In this document: in pieces, positions 27,804-43,792 of the stretch
Layout of the letters: every line of letters starts with the position of its first letter
Position numbering within the stretch: position 1 is the stretch's first letter
From: Eledone cirrhosa
Lineage: Eukaryota
Direction: 5' to 3'
NCBI GenBank assembly: GCA_964016885.1
Contig: OZ024741.1
Location: 42,408,001 to 42,472,000 of the forward strand
Length of the DNA stretch: 64,000 nt
Program-made: the position numbers and the translations under genes
Notes under the pieces: model-generated
Told to the model about the DNA's origin: nothing
The model's database searches: none
Seen by the model: the letters and a program-made list of their open reading frames with translations, nothing else

Positions 27804-28379
27804 TATAACAACTAGAAATTGATTAACATATAAATAAACATATGAAACAATCACACGGGATAATTTTTACAAGTGTGTAAGCACACATAGCTAGGTAGGT
27901 AACTAAATAAAGTTAACTAGAACTTCAAAAATAGATACCTTATAATATGATTAATCTTCCCTGTATATATTCCATTAAAGAAATATATTTCACCAATTAA
28001 TCGAATGGTAAACCACGGAGGCCGATACTTGGATTTTCAACAAGGAAGAAGTCCAGCCATCTGTGTTTACGCATTAAGTTCAAATCAGAGACTGGCCAGT
28101 AACACGTGCTGTATCTACTAAAAATACACACATCATACCTTGTAGAAAATCCTAGTATCGGCCTCCGTGGTTTACCATTCGATTAATTGGTGAAATATAT
28201 TTCTTTAATGGAATATAGACAGGGAAGATTAATCATATTATAAGGTATCTATTTTTGAAGTTCTAGTTAACTTTATTTAGTTACCTACCAAGCTGTGTGT
28301 GCTTACATACTTGTAAAAATTACCCCCTGTGATTGTTTCATATGTTTATTTATATTTTAATCAATTTCTAGTTGTTATA
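27804..28379. mobile_element. Inverted-repeat element, ~235 bp arms with ~105 bp spacer; probable PLE derivative
   Basis: 27804-28038 is the reverse complement of 28145-28379; left end in (TA)n; TTACCA..TGGT-GAAA-TATA-TT resembles the 3' half of a hammerhead. Confidence 0.8.
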
Positions 28380-28745
28380 AAAAGCTTGGACCTATCCATT
28401 AGAATCTTGGAGCTTATGTTAAGGGTGATATGGAGCATGCCTTTCTGGCATGACACCCATAATTTTGATTTAGATTAAATTCACTTTGATTTATCTTAAT
28501 TTTGGATATATATATATATATATATCGTTTCTGAATTTGTTTAGCAAGATTCTTTATCTGAAATCGTGTGTTGAAACCGATATTGTTATACTTTGGGAGG
28601 GTCATGTTGCCAATAAGAAACACACGCACCAGTTGCTTTCACTTCAATTTATTATATATTTATAAATTTATAAATTTACAAATCTACAAACTTATAAATT
28701 TCTGGTTGGTTGGTTGGTTCCACAACCAGATAGCTGTTTATATAT

Positions 28746-28790
28746 AGTCATAGTCCTTTCGTCACACACTCTGTGACCTCTTCAGTGACT
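28746..28790 (-). ncRNA. Minimal type I hammerhead ribozyme (family A 3' UTR)
   Basis: AGTCA-CTGAAGA-GGTCACA.GAGTG.TGTGAC-GAAA-GGAC-TA-TGACT on minus strand. Confidence 0.75.
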
Positions 28791-28998
28791 GGGGATTCCT
28801 TTCTTTGTTTCTGTGCCTTTCCTTTCTTCTGTCCTACGCCATTTTGTTTCTGTGTGTGTGTTGTGTGCTCAGTTTGCGCATGCGCCACATCCGGGTGTCT
28901 GTGTGTGTTTGTGTTCATTTATCTATTTGTTTATTTATTTATTTATTTATTGTTGGTTGGTTGTTTGTTCTATGTGTGTGTGTGTTTTCATTTTGTCC

Positions 28999-29730
28999 TT
29001 AATTGTAAGTTGTGATGTTGCTGCTGTTCCACTCATATTTTCTATTTAATTTTGGTTGTAATTCTTTTATGCTTACTGCCTCTGTAATTTGCCTAAACAT
29101 TGCATCTTTTCTGTGTGTGGATTCTATTTTTATTTCTATGTTCTCTAATCTACCCCTGTGTTCTATCTTAGCATGTTGGTAGAGCACAGATGATTCTTTA
29201 TTATCTTGAAGGTCTCGCCAGTGTTCATTTATTCGTTTCCCTATACTACGAGCTGTCTCAACTATGTACACTATATTTTTGTTTCTACATTGTCCTTCAG
29301 TACATCTTATGCTATACACTACATTTCTAGTTTTACAGTTAATATGGGGGCTTATTTTACAGGTTATACATTTCTTATCTATACATGAGGGTCTTTGGAA
29401 CGGGTATGTCTTGCTAATAAGTGTTTTTACGGAGGTACCTGGTCTTTCTACTATCTTAATATTGAGTTTATGTTTATTTAGGGCCCTTCTAAATTTGTAG
29501 GCTAGTTCGCCTCTAGGGGTTGTATTGATGAACATTACACTCTGGTATTTATTGCTATCATACCATGAGTTTATTCTATTGGCCTTGTTCCTAGTTTTTT
29601 CTATTCTATTCCAAAATTTGCTCCTATACAAGGGGCAGGTCCCATTTATGTCATTATTTACCATTTTTTCCCATTTGGTTCTGGCTCCTCTATACACTCT
29701 GATTCTATCTCTCTGATTGTAGCCAGAGAA
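28999..29730 (-). pseudogene. PLE ORF C-terminal part: RT thumb end, Cys-rich linker, GIY-YIG endonuclease (open frame, 5'-truncated)
   Basis: SGY...PLYR...IKIVERPG...C..KKCITC...NCKTRNVVYSIRC...IVYIVETARSIGKRINEH...QH...EH...RQITEAVSI...LNRKYEW; the listed start MMLLF comes from the inverted arm. Confidence 0.9.
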
Positions 29731-29963
29731 CAGCAACATCACAACTTACAATTAAGGACAAAATGAAAACACACACACACATAGAACAAACAACCAACCA
29801 ACAATAAATAAATAAATAAATAAACAAATAGATAAATGAACACAAACACACACAGACACCCGGATGTGGCGCATGCGCAAACTGAGCACACAACACACAC
29901 ACAGAAACAAAATGGCGTAGGATAGAAGAAAGGAAAGGCACAGAAACAAAGAAAGGAATCCCC

Positions 29964-30008
29964 AGTCACTGAAGAGGTCACAGAGTGTGTGACGAAAGGA
30001 CTATGACT
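29964..30008 (+). ncRNA. Minimal type I hammerhead ribozyme (inverted arm of family A)
   Basis: Same fold as 28746-28790. Confidence 0.75.
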
Positions 30009-30534
30009 ATATATAAACAACTATCTGGCTGTGGAACCAACCAACCAACCAGAAATTTATAAGTTTGTAGATTTGTAAATTTATAAATTTATCAATATAT
30101 AATAAATTGAAGTGAAAGCAACTGGTGCGTGTGTTTCTTATTGGCAACATGACCCCCCCCCAAAGTATAACAATATATATATATATAGTGACGAAATATA
30201 ATTCAATTGCATGAACTCATAGTCCTTTATTTACTGCTATATATTTTTCGAAGATAGCCATTGAATGGCTATGACCTGATCAGGCAGTTAGTCAGTTCTT
30301 AGATATGCCAGCTCTGTGTTTATAGTGTTGATGGTATCAGAGCCTAGGGACATATATATATATATGTCACTGAAATATATATAGCAGTAATAAACGAAGC
30401 TAAATTTTAATCATTTGACTTTTATTTAACTTTATTTTACACTACTCCGGAGTAACCAAACCAACCTGCGCACTTCGTCGAGTGCTCCAGCCTGCATACT
30501 GAGGTGTTGGTATGCAACCAACATAAACTCAAAA

Positions 30535-30581
<47 letters not shown>

Positions 30582-30596
30582 CTTTTAATATAGATG

Positions 30597-30647
30597 AGAT
30601 TCTACAGGACTAGAACTGTTTCATTCTTTAGAAATCATCAGGAATCT
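30597..30647 (-). ncRNA. Type I hammerhead ribozyme (family C)
   Basis: Reverse complement of 34997-35047. Confidence 0.85.
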
Positions 30648-31086
30648 GGCTTTCCAAAAATAAATGTTGTGGTATTTATATCTTTTCAGGTGGTAGGAGA
30701 GGGTGGGGAGTGGGATGGGTGGAGGTCATTGGTTGAAAGAAAAGGGAATTCATTAAAAGCTAGTTCTTTAAGGCTATAATTTATATTTAGAGTGACAAAG
30801 GCAGAGAGAATTCTATAAACAAGTTCAGAATCAGGTGCCACTCCTTATTTTTAAGTTTCTCTTAAGCTAACAATGCCTATATTTCAGGTGTCTATAAGAT
30901 GGTTGGGGGGTCGGTCATGGTTGATGGATTTAAAGAAAAGAGAAATTCTTTAAAAGCTAATTCTTTAAAGTTCTACTTAGAGTGACAGAGGCCAAGAGAA
31001 TTCTATAACCAGTTCAAAATATTGGGTACCTATCATATCATTATTGTCATATTTCTCTTAAGCTATATTCCAGGTGTCAACAGACA

Positions 31087-31232
<146 letters not shown>

Positions 31233-31275
31233 CATATACATATATATATATATATACAAACACATATACATACAT

Positions 31276-31307
<32 letters not shown>

Positions 31308-31478
31308 GGTGGCTGCCAACTCGTTTACGAGTACGGCCACTACTTTATATCCATGTAGCAGAACCCCTACCGATGCGCTGAACGAGTGTGACATTTTAGT
31401 CCAGCTAGCGACTTGAAAACTCTGGTACAAACACTACACTTGTGACAATTATTGACATATAGTGCTGGGCCCATGGTA
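31308..31478 (-). mobile_element. 3' fragment of RTE-derived element
   Basis: Matches 20163-20332; encodes [22 protein letters not shown]. Confidence 0.75.
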
Positions 31479-31508
31479 TATATATATACATATATATATA
31501 CATAGACG

Positions 31509-31540
<32 letters not shown>

Positions 31541-31580
31541 TATACTCACATATATATATATACATATATACACACACACG

Positions 31581-31629
<49 letters not shown>

Positions 31630-31632
<3 letters not shown>

Positions 31633-33185
31633 AAAGTTTTATTTAAAATTGTTGGGTTACAACGAGTAAATATTTTATAACTGATATAAAAGCACTCAAC
31701 TGGTTTTGGAGTATTTTACGATATTAAACAAATGGAAACTACATTTATAAAACCATATTTATTTCATTATATATATATTTCAGGGATATCATATTAAAAA
31801 TATGGTATGCCCTCTTCAGACAAAATACAATATATAAACAGTTTTATAAATAAATTTGACATACCTTAAAACATTTTACAACTTCCATTTAAAAAGTTGT
31901 TATGGTAGTGAAAATGTTAAGGACAGTTAGAAAGAAAGAGGGAGAAAAAAGAAAAAAAAGAAAAAGAGAGAAAAAAAGAAAAAGAAGGAGCGGAAGGCGA
32001 AGAAGATGAAGAAATGTATGTAAAGAGAAAAACACCAAATGAGAGATTTATGAGGGAAGGGGGTACTGTAATTATTTATTTATTTATTTATTTATTTAGT
32101 GTTAAGGATACGGGGAGAAATAAAAACAAAAATAAATAAGGAGAGGTAGATCGAGTAATATCTATTATACGAGGTGGGAGAGATAGGGGAGGGGTGAGAT
32201 ACAGGAGATAGAGTTAAAACAGCCGATACATAAGTCCCGTCAAGTGTAGAGGGAGGAGGAGAGGAGATATACCTAGAAATAAAAATGATAGTTTTCAAAT
32301 ATTATGTTTCATCAGTCTATCAATTCCTATGAATTATAATGTAAATATCAATATTCATGAATGAGACACATATCAATAATGTGTGAAAAAATAATGACTA
32401 TATGTTTAGTTGAAAAATTCTTAGGTTTATAATCAAAATCTGAGATAAAACTTCAAAAAAATACTGAAATACATAAGTATATATGTATTTTCATGAAAAA
32501 AGAGAAAAAGAAAAAAGAGAAAGAAAAAGAGAAGGTTATCTCAAACTGACATTATAGACTCATGTGAGTTTACGTGATCAGCTCTGTAAATTTTTATTTC
32601 ACATGAAAATCTTCATTGCGTTAAAAAAGATTTTACCATACATATATGTACATACATATATATATATACATAAAATATACATTATTAATAATAATAATAT
32701 TCTTGCCCTCTCTTACATGATTATCGTTCAAGCATAGAATAGAACAGATATCAATATATTAAAATATTAAAAACGCCAAGAATATTTCACTCCCCAGAAT
32801 ATCTAGGGCCGTAATAAAACACAGTGTGCCCCGCATATCAATCAATCCTTCCAATTTATTTGACAATATATTGCCAAGTTCATTAGAAGCAATCAGAATC
32901 AAAAGCAAACAAAACCAAAATTATTCACCAAACTTATTTAGCAGACATCTTTCAAAAAAACTTTAGGATACCCGGTTGTTCTACAGATGCTCTTATATTT
33001 ATTATAGAAGTTTATCTAGCTTAAAAATTTTATTCAATAGATTGGGAGCATCACCATTTATAAAACTGTTTATATATTGTATTTTGTCTGAAGAGGGCAT
33101 ACCATATTTTTAATATGATATCCCTGAAATATATATAATGAAATAAATATGGTTTTATAAATGTAGTTTCCATTTGTTTAATATC

Positions 33186-33187
<2 letters not shown>
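31630..33187 (-). mobile_element. Family D PLE-like element with ~130 bp inverted ends (31719-31850 / 33056-33187) in (TA)n
   Basis: Reverse-complement arms each with a hammerhead; same family as 47796-48660. Confidence 0.8.
33080..33145 (+). ncRNA. Type I hammerhead ribozyme with palindromic TATATA stem III (family D)
   Basis: TATTTTGT-CTGAAGA-GGGCATACCATATT.TTT.AATATGATATCCCT-GAAA-TATATA-TA-ATGAAATA; mirrored at ~31759-31827 (-). Confidence 0.8.
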
Positions 33188-33262
<75 letters not shown>

Positions 33263-33648
33263 ACGTTAGAGCACCGTATTGATTTAACCCAATTGGTCAG
33301 TAGCTTTTGGCACTGCCTATTACGCGCACGCGCATGCTTTCCTTCGTTTGAATTTCCCCACAACGGCATTCCTATGTTTTAACGACAATACAACAACTTT
33401 CTCCGGCTTAGCCTGTTCCCCCCTTTTTGGAAATTCTCCCCCGTTGATGGGCGTGAGCCCGAAATATTGGGATTAAATCTCCACTACGGTAACCCTTCTA
33501 CCTTTGTTTTGTTTTCGTTTCTCTCATTTTCCACTTTTCTCCTATTTCTCACTCACTTCCTACCTCGAGATTTACCATCTGCATTGTTGTGGCTTTCTAA
33601 ACTACATATTTTACATATTTCACAATGCTTCAAGCAAACTTTAACACC

Positions 33649-34555
<907 letters not shown>

Positions 34556-34996
34556 GAATGTGTCTGTTGACACCTGGAATATAGCTTAAGAGAAACATGA
34601 CAATAATGATATGATAGGCACCCAATATTTTGAACTGGTTATAGAATTCTCTTGGCCTTTGTCACTCTAAGTAGAACTTTAAAGAATTTGCTTTTAAAGA
34701 ATTTCTCTTTTCTTTAAATCCATCAACCATGACCGACCCCCCAACCATCTTATAGACACCTGAAATATAGGCATTGTTAGCTTAATAGAAACTTAAAAAT
34801 AAGGAGTGGCACCTGATTCTGAACTTGTTTATAGAATTCTCTCTGCCTTTGTCACTCTAAATATAAATTATAGCCTTAAAGAACTAGCTTTTAATGAATT
34901 CCCTTTTCTTTCAACCAATGACTTCCACCCATCCTACACCCCACCCTCTCCTACCACCAGAAAAGATATAAATGCCACATTTATTTTTGGAAAGCC

Positions 34997-35047
34997 AGAT
35001 TCCTGATGATTTCTAAAGAATGAAACAGTTCTAGTCCTGTAGAATCT
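34997..35047 (+). ncRNA. Type I hammerhead ribozyme (family C)
   Basis: AGATTC-CTGATGA-T.TTC.TAAA.GAA.T-GAAA-CAG.TTCTAGTC.CTG-TA-GAATCT: all three stems and the full core are present. Confidence 0.87.
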
Positions 35048-35049
35048 CA

Positions 35050-35080
<31 letters not shown>

Positions 35081-35199
35081 GTATAATATATATATATATA
35101 TATATATTTAATACATTAACAGAGAAAGCTTTTAGTAATACTCCGACCTGCTTCCGTCTCACTCAACAAACATTAGGATATACCTTAGTATAATCCCAA

Positions 35200-37060
<1,861 letters not shown>

Positions 37061-37076
37061 ACACAGATACATGCGG

Positions 37077-37118
<42 letters not shown>

Positions 37119-37139
37119 TTATGTGTGTGTGTGTGTATG

Positions 37140-37340
37140 TGTATGTGAATGTGTCTGTTGACATCTGGAATATAGCTTAAGAGAAATATGACATCCCACT
37201 CCCATCCCATTCCCCACCCTCTCCTACAACCTGAAAATATATATATACCACAACATTTATTTTTGGAAAGCCAGATTCCTGGTGATTTCTAAAGAATGAA
37301 ACAGTTCTAGTCCTGTAGAATCTCATCTATATTAAAACTT
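37140..37340 (+). mobile_element. Family C 3' end, internally deleted, hammerhead core mutated (CTGGTGA)
   Basis: Matches 34550-34602 joined to 34925-35052. Confidence 0.8.
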
Positions 37341-37408
37341 TTATACTCTGCTATGTAATGAGTACCTTACTTACTGTGATTACCTCCGATTCAACCCGCA
37401 ATAACTTA

Positions 37409-37463
<55 letters not shown>

Positions 37464-37509
37464 TGTACATATATATATATATATATATAGTTGTGATATA
37501 TATATATAT

Positions 37510-38520
37510 ATAGTGCAAGTGAAACAATTCAACTACGATCATTCTTCCTAAATCCACTTCAAATAAAGCCTAACCAAAATGAACCTGAAAATCAACAAAA
37601 ACGTAGAAAAATTCAAAATGGAGATAGAACTATTCCAGCTAAGAGCCATCTTCAACGAAGAAAATTTTAAATCATTCGACCAAGAAATGGAAGTAGAAAT
37701 TTCAAAACTATCTGATGGCCCTCTCCATGAAAACATGACTAAACATTAGAGGGAAATTTATGAAAATGAAGAACTAATATCTCTTCAGCGATAGGAAAAA
37801 TTTATGAAAGGGAATTGAAAAACGAATACCATACTGACAATTTCTGTGAAAGTTAAAATTCCCAAACCAGACTTAAAACCAACAAAACTCTGTACCAACA
37901 TTCCAACTTTACACTCACCAAAGCTATAGTGATAATTCTAGGATATTTAGAGAGCAAAAATTCCGACTAAAAGAATTCATGTGCTCCTTACCTCAAGACA
38001 GGACATTTTCCGAAACCATAGAACATACACAAAGCAACAGAAACTACAACCAGTAAAACAATTTCAAACAAGACTAACAGCAGTCCGTACCTTAGAACAC
38101 AGAAAACTACTGTAAACGACCACACGATAACAGAGAAAAATGCCACCAGATACAGAAATAGCTTGAAAGGACGAATTTAAAAAGTATAAATATGTTTTAA
38201 CCAAATCGACAGAATCCCTGACCTTCAGAAAATAATCAATCTATCGAATATAAACCTCTCAAACAAACAAATCACTATCTTCTCAAAAGGAATAAAATTC
38301 ATTACTACAATATTCTAACATCAAAGAGATAATGGGCGATATTCCACACTTCTGCAGAAATCTTCGACTAACAGAGGAATCTTTTGACAAGGAAAACAGT
38401 GTGGATTAAAATCAGCAAATAATCTCTACAAAAGGTAAGAATAAAGCTTCAAACACATTTTTCCAGAGTAACAAGACTCACTATTCAGCCTTAATAAAAT
38501 GAATATTAAAACTCAACTCG
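37510..38520 (+). pseudogene. Decayed PLE ORF N-terminal region
   Basis: KIINLSNINLSNKQITIFSKGIKF (PLE 'VINLS...L.KGL.F' motif) followed by DIPHFCRNLRLTE at ~38230-38380. Confidence 0.6.
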
Positions 38521-38550
38521 GTATTGAGTAATTTTTTTCTCAGCAGTCAA

Positions 38551-38632
<82 letters not shown>

Positions 38633-40129
38633 GATGGAAATAAGAATAACTCTTCCAGAACATAGCATTTGAAGATAAGTTTAACGTAGATATAATAACC
38701 GCTTTTTTCTTAGAAGCTACTTCCCTGTTAAAGAATGAAGTGTAAACACACTTTCTACCATTATTTTCTCCTCCCCTTCTATCTGTACAAAGACTAAACT
38801 TGAACTTAGAACGAAATGAGCCGTAAACCACCTCATCTGACACTCAAACTATTCCTTTTATTCTACTGCTCTGTATTGCTAGTACATTTATAGATACCGA
38901 AGGATGGAAGTTAAATTTGATCACGCTGGGAGATGTCAGAATGCACAGAGATCAGACGAATCCCGCGAGCTATTTTAGTCAACGATTTAGTGACCAATTC
39001 ACCACCTTCTCTATAAGTAACCATCACTTAGATAATGTAAACATTTCAATTATCCTTTCTGTATAAGTGTAAAGATATTGCTACTGATAAGATGATTTCA
39101 CATTTGTTAAGTGGGTTTTCAATGTATGAATCCCCTTCATGTATTCACACAAACAGCAGTGTTTAATTTGAGAGCGATAAATTAAGAAACATTTTAATTG
39201 CCAAGAAAGCTATATGAAGTAGAACATCTTCGTATTCCCTGGACACCTCTGACCAATATGGATGCACAAATAGAACATTATTACTCATAGTAAGGTTTGT
39301 ATTGAATGATTTAGGATTAGAAAAGAAAACAGTGGAGATGAGTTTTGCAAATATTATTTCCGTCTATATATTCTGTAATATACTGTGGCTAATGACGACA
39401 TTCGTGCCACAGTCTGGAATTTCTCGGATAGTTGAATGTAGCATCACCATTATCTGAATGATAAAAGCGGTGCCTAATCGTTAAGAAATTCGCTTCGCAA
39501 TCATAAGATGCCTAGCTTCTGGGCTAGTGTTATTTGCTGTAGCGTTGGGTCAACATAAACATTTGCGTAGATGCAAACACAGATTTGAAGCTCGTTGGAG
39601 GGATGTTCCTGTAATTGATCAGTTTAGTCTTATTACAAACTGTATTACGCTGAATCACCCTGAGAATTACATTATTTATTTATTTATTTATTCAATTTAA
39701 ACGTCTGTATAGAGTTAGTAAGCCATGACAGACTAAGGGAAGTATCAATTACTACTTACAGTTGGTAACCAAAAAGAGCTAGTTAGACAAGTAATTATAA
39801 ACCAAAAATAGACGGTGGGGAACAAAAGAAATAAAATAAAAATGGAATTTCAAATAATGAAGGCCAAAGGTGGCAGATTATGCATAAAACGGAAAAGAAA
39901 AGAGGAAACAAGGGAAGCTGTAAAACAGAAGTTTCTGTTGTTGAAGCTGTTCGTAGCTTCCATGTAATCAAAGATTTTGTTTATATTTGGTAGGCCTGTA
40001 ACCATATGTGTCCGCGGAATAACCAACCACCATTCTATTAATATTACAAACGGGCTGTTCCTTACAGCAAACAACTGTAACACTGATCATCAAAACTATG
40101 GTGGTATATTTAATTACCAATTAAATTAA

Positions 40130-40515
40130 TAATTGGTTCTACTTTTGGCACAAGGCCAGCAATTATCCCAGTGTATTACTGGTGCTTTATTTTATCGACC
40201 CCGTAAGGATGAAAGGCAAAGTTAACCTCGGCGGGATTTGAACACAGACCATAAAGGGCCGTAACTCGTTTCTGCAAAGCATGGCGTCAGACCTTCTACC
40301 GATACTTCCAATCCACCGCCCAATTAAATTAATAATTTTTTCTATTTTTGGCCCAAGGCCAGCAATTACCCGGTGCATTATTGGTACTTTATTTTATCGA
40401 CCCTGTAAGGATGAAAGGCAAAGTTAACCTCGGCGAGATTTGAACTCATAATGGCAAGGCCCGTGACTCTATGCGTCAAAGCATGGCGTCCGACCCTCTA
40501 CCGATACTGCCAATG
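40130..40515 (-). mobile_element. Two tandem S1 SINE copies
   Basis: S1 consensus; shared CCAATTAAATTAATAATT junction sequence. Confidence 0.88.
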
Positions 40516-40917
40516 CAAAAATGTGTATTAACTTACCTTTATTCAGCCACTTCAACTCTGAGTGCCCAATACTTTACTCATGACTTCTTTCGAGAAATAG
40601 GACCCTTGGGGTATTCCTTGCACTAAATTTCAACTGTAAAGGAATGTAAAAGAACTAGGTGTTATTAAAACATCTGTTTAGTCTTTTTTTGATAACAAAC
40701 ATTGAACTGCGTCCATACTGGAGCCTCGCAAGAGATTTCATCAAACATATTGAGCATATCATTTGACTATTTGACACTATGTAGATACAACTCATATATT
40801 TCTATCTTTCCTATTTATAGTAGTTTCTTTCATGTTCTAGTCATTCACTCTTTTAACTAGATATGATGACTTGAAATGTGATAAATCGTTTAATCTTTTC
40901 TTTAGAGATAAATATAA

Positions 40918-40970
<53 letters not shown>

Positions 40971-40975
<5 letters not shown>

Positions 40976-41633
40976 TCAGGCTGTTCAGTTTGTTTACAAA
41001 CGAACAAAGCGACGTTATAATAAGCGCCGCTAAACTGATACGTGCATATATGTATGTGTACCTGTATGCATATGTATGTATATATGTATATATATATATA
41101 TATGTGCATGCTACTGTACGTCTGTATACATATATGTATGTACGTATACATACATACTTACATTTAAGTAAGTGCCATACTAAGAGTGAGAAATGAAATT
41201 TCGTTTTCATTTTGTTTCAATTTATCGTTTTCGGTATGCCTGACCGATTTAACTCACTCAATATGCAAATTAGGCTGCTCAGCCGTTAATTTTCATAAGG
41301 AAAGTATATACTTTCGAACGTTCAACTATCTGGCAGATGGGTAAACGGTGCTGATGATAGCTAACAAGCTTGAAACTAGTACATCGTTCCTGTGTCAGTG
41401 TTGAGCAAAAAGGTGACGTGGTTGCCTTAACACCGTATGGCATAAATTCAGGCTGTTCAGTTTGTTTACAAACGAACAAAGCGACGTTATAATAAGCGCC
41501 GCTAAACTGATACGTGCATATATGTATGTGTACCTGTATGCATATGTATGTATATATGTATATATATATATATATGTGCATGCTACTGTACGTCTGTATA
41601 CATATATGTATGTACGTATACATACATACTTAC

Positions 41634-41638
<5 letters not shown>
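40971..41638 (+). mobile_element. Retrozyme-like non-coding unit: 472 nt period, 196 bp identical direct terminal repeats, one hammerhead, (TA)n on both sides
   Basis: 40971-41166 repeated at 41443-41638; hammerhead at 41344-41388. Confidence 0.8.
41344..41388 (+). ncRNA. Minimal type I hammerhead ribozyme with palindromic CTAG loop III
   Basis: AACGGTG-CTGATGA-T.AGC.TAACAA.GCT.T-GAAA-CTAG-TA-CATCGTT. Confidence 0.88.
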
Positions 41639-41722
<84 letters not shown>

Positions 41723-41835
41723 TATATAAAAAACATGAGAAGAAAGAAGACTACTGCGTGGTTGCAAATGGGCTACATATGATAAAAATAGTCCTTCGTC
41801 AGTGATTTTCCAACCATCATTGGTATTTCATCGCA

Positions 41836-41866
<31 letters not shown>

Positions 41867-41871
<5 letters not shown>

Positions 41872-42402
41872 AGGAAAGCATGAATGGGAGATAATGTTCC
41901 TTCATCAGTTGTCTGCTGGGGATCATGGATATTTCTACGCATTAAAGACAAGATATCGCAACCCAGTGCGTCAATAATTAAGGAAGTTATTTGGAAAAAA
42001 GGGAGAGAGAGAAAAAAATATAACAGAAGGGAAAAGGGAAGAAAAAGAAAAAAAAAAACAGCGAAAAAACCGGGAAACAACAAACCGAAGAGGGAAACCC
42101 GAAGCACATGTGTGTGTGTGAGCTTTAATATTTTCTTTCTCTTCGAGTTGCTCACACATATGTGCTTCGGGTTTCCCTCTTCGGTTTGTTGTTTCCCGTT
42201 CTTTTCGCTGTTTTTTTGTCTTTTTGTTCCCCTTTCCTTCTGTTATATTTTTTTCTCTCTCTCTCCCTTTTCCCCCAATAACTTCCTTTAGTTATTGACG
42301 CACTGGAGTGAGATATCATGTCTTTAATGCGTAGAAATATTAGGATCCCCAGCAGACAACTGATAAAGGAAAAGTTTCTCCCGTACATGCTTTTCTCTTA
42401 TT
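41867..42402. mobile_element. Diverged head-to-head inverted repeat (~250 bp arms, ~35 bp spacer); probable PLE 3' ends
   Basis: 41867-42118 is the reverse complement of 42152-42402 with ~10% differences; degenerate CAGACAA-CTGAT(G/A)AAGGA..TCCC core in each arm. Confidence 0.75.
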
Positions 42403-42459
42403 TATAAGTACACCTTATCTAGCAACTACACAGTCCATGTTTCTTCTCATATATATATA

Positions 42460-43769
42460 CGAGGTGTGTCAGAAAAGTTCCAGGACTGATATCACAAAAT
42501 ATTTATTTCAAACCCAAACTTCACACTAAGAGTTTTCTCCCTCAAAGTAATCCCCCTGGAGTCTAATGCACTTTTCCATCCTTTTCTGCCAAGCTTGGAT
42601 GCACTCCTGGAAGGATTCTTCCGGGATCCTCCGGAGTTTCCGTCGTCACGGCCTTTTTGATGTCGTCCACGTCTTCAAAACGGGTCCCTTTGATGACTCC
42701 ATTGAGCTTGGGGAATAGGAAAAAGTCACACGGAGCCAGGTCGGGAGAGTAGGGAGGTTGCTCCAGCACGGCGATGTTCTTCTCAGCCAGGAACTGTCGG
42801 ATGCTCAGGGCATTGTGAGCAGGCGCGTTGTCATGGTGAAGCAGCCACGAGTTGTCTTGCCACAACTCTCGCCTCTTCTCACGCACTGAACGAAGCAAAC
42901 GCTGCAGTATCTCTGTGTAGACATGTTGGTTGATCGTCTGGCCCTGTGGAAAGAACTCGCAGTGGACGATCCCCCTCACATCGAAGAATGTGATCAACAT
43001 TACCTTGACTTTGGACTTCGACTGTCGTGCTTTCTTCGGCCTTGGCGACGATGGACTCTTCCACTGAAGGCTCTGGCATTTGGTTTCCGGGTCCTACTCG
43101 AAGATCCATGACTCATCACCGGTGATGACTGTCCCTAGCAAGTCTGGTTCGGTTTCAAGACGGTCGAGGATGTCCTGGCACACTTCATGCGTCGACCCTT
43201 CTGATCATCGTTCAGCAGTTTTGGCACCAACTTCGCGCAGACTTTCCGCATGTCCAAATCTTCAGTGAGAATATTCCAGACGCTGTCCCGATTCATGCCC
43301 AGCTCATTTTCCATCAGTCGAACAGTCAGCCGACGATCGCTACGCACCATCTGCCTGGCGCGCTCAACGTTGACCTCAGTCCTGGTTGTTGAGGGCCCTC
43401 CACTCCTGGGGTCATCTTCCACGTCCTCGCGTCCTTCTTTAAACCTCTTGACCACTCAAAAACACGTGAGTGTGACATCGTCTCATCTCCATACACTTGC
43501 TGCAGCAATCCCAGTGCTTCTGACGGAGTTTTCCCCAACCGTACCAGAAACTTCAAGTATGTTCGTTGCTCTGTGCTCATTGCTTGACGACCTGAAACAG
43601 AGGACATGTATATAAAATTATGAAGAAAAAGGTTTGATCGCTGCAGAGAGCTAAGATTACAGTTACATACTCCAGGGGGATGACTTTGAAGGAGAAAACT
43701 CTAAGTGTGAAGTTTGGGTTTTAAATAAATTATGTGACATCAGTCCTGGAACTTTTCTGACACACCTCG
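42460..43769 (-). mobile_element. Full-length mariner (DD34D) DNA transposon, ~1.31 kb, TA target, ~100 bp TIRs
   Basis: TA|CGAGGTGTGTCAGAAAAGTTCCAGGACTGAT ... ATCAGTCCTGGAACTTTTCTGACACACCTCG|TA. Confidence 0.96.
42526..43580 (-). pseudogene. Frameshifted mariner transposase
   Basis: MSTEQRTYLKFLVRLGKT..., KVCAKLVPKLL, ITGDESWI, HHDNAPAH, YSPDLAPCDF (34 residues between D2 and D3), GDYFEGEN*; split over several frames. Confidence 0.95.
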
Positions 43770-43792
43770 TATATATATATATATATATATAT

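Larger units (their letters stand above)
28526..30175 (-). mobile_element. 5'-truncated PLE (family A) with ~445 bp inverted 3' copy; both ends in (TA)n
   Basis: 28580-29025 is the reverse complement of 29730-30175 (near-identical); left end has ~55 bp extra 3' extension also seen at 45180-45235. Confidence 0.92.
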
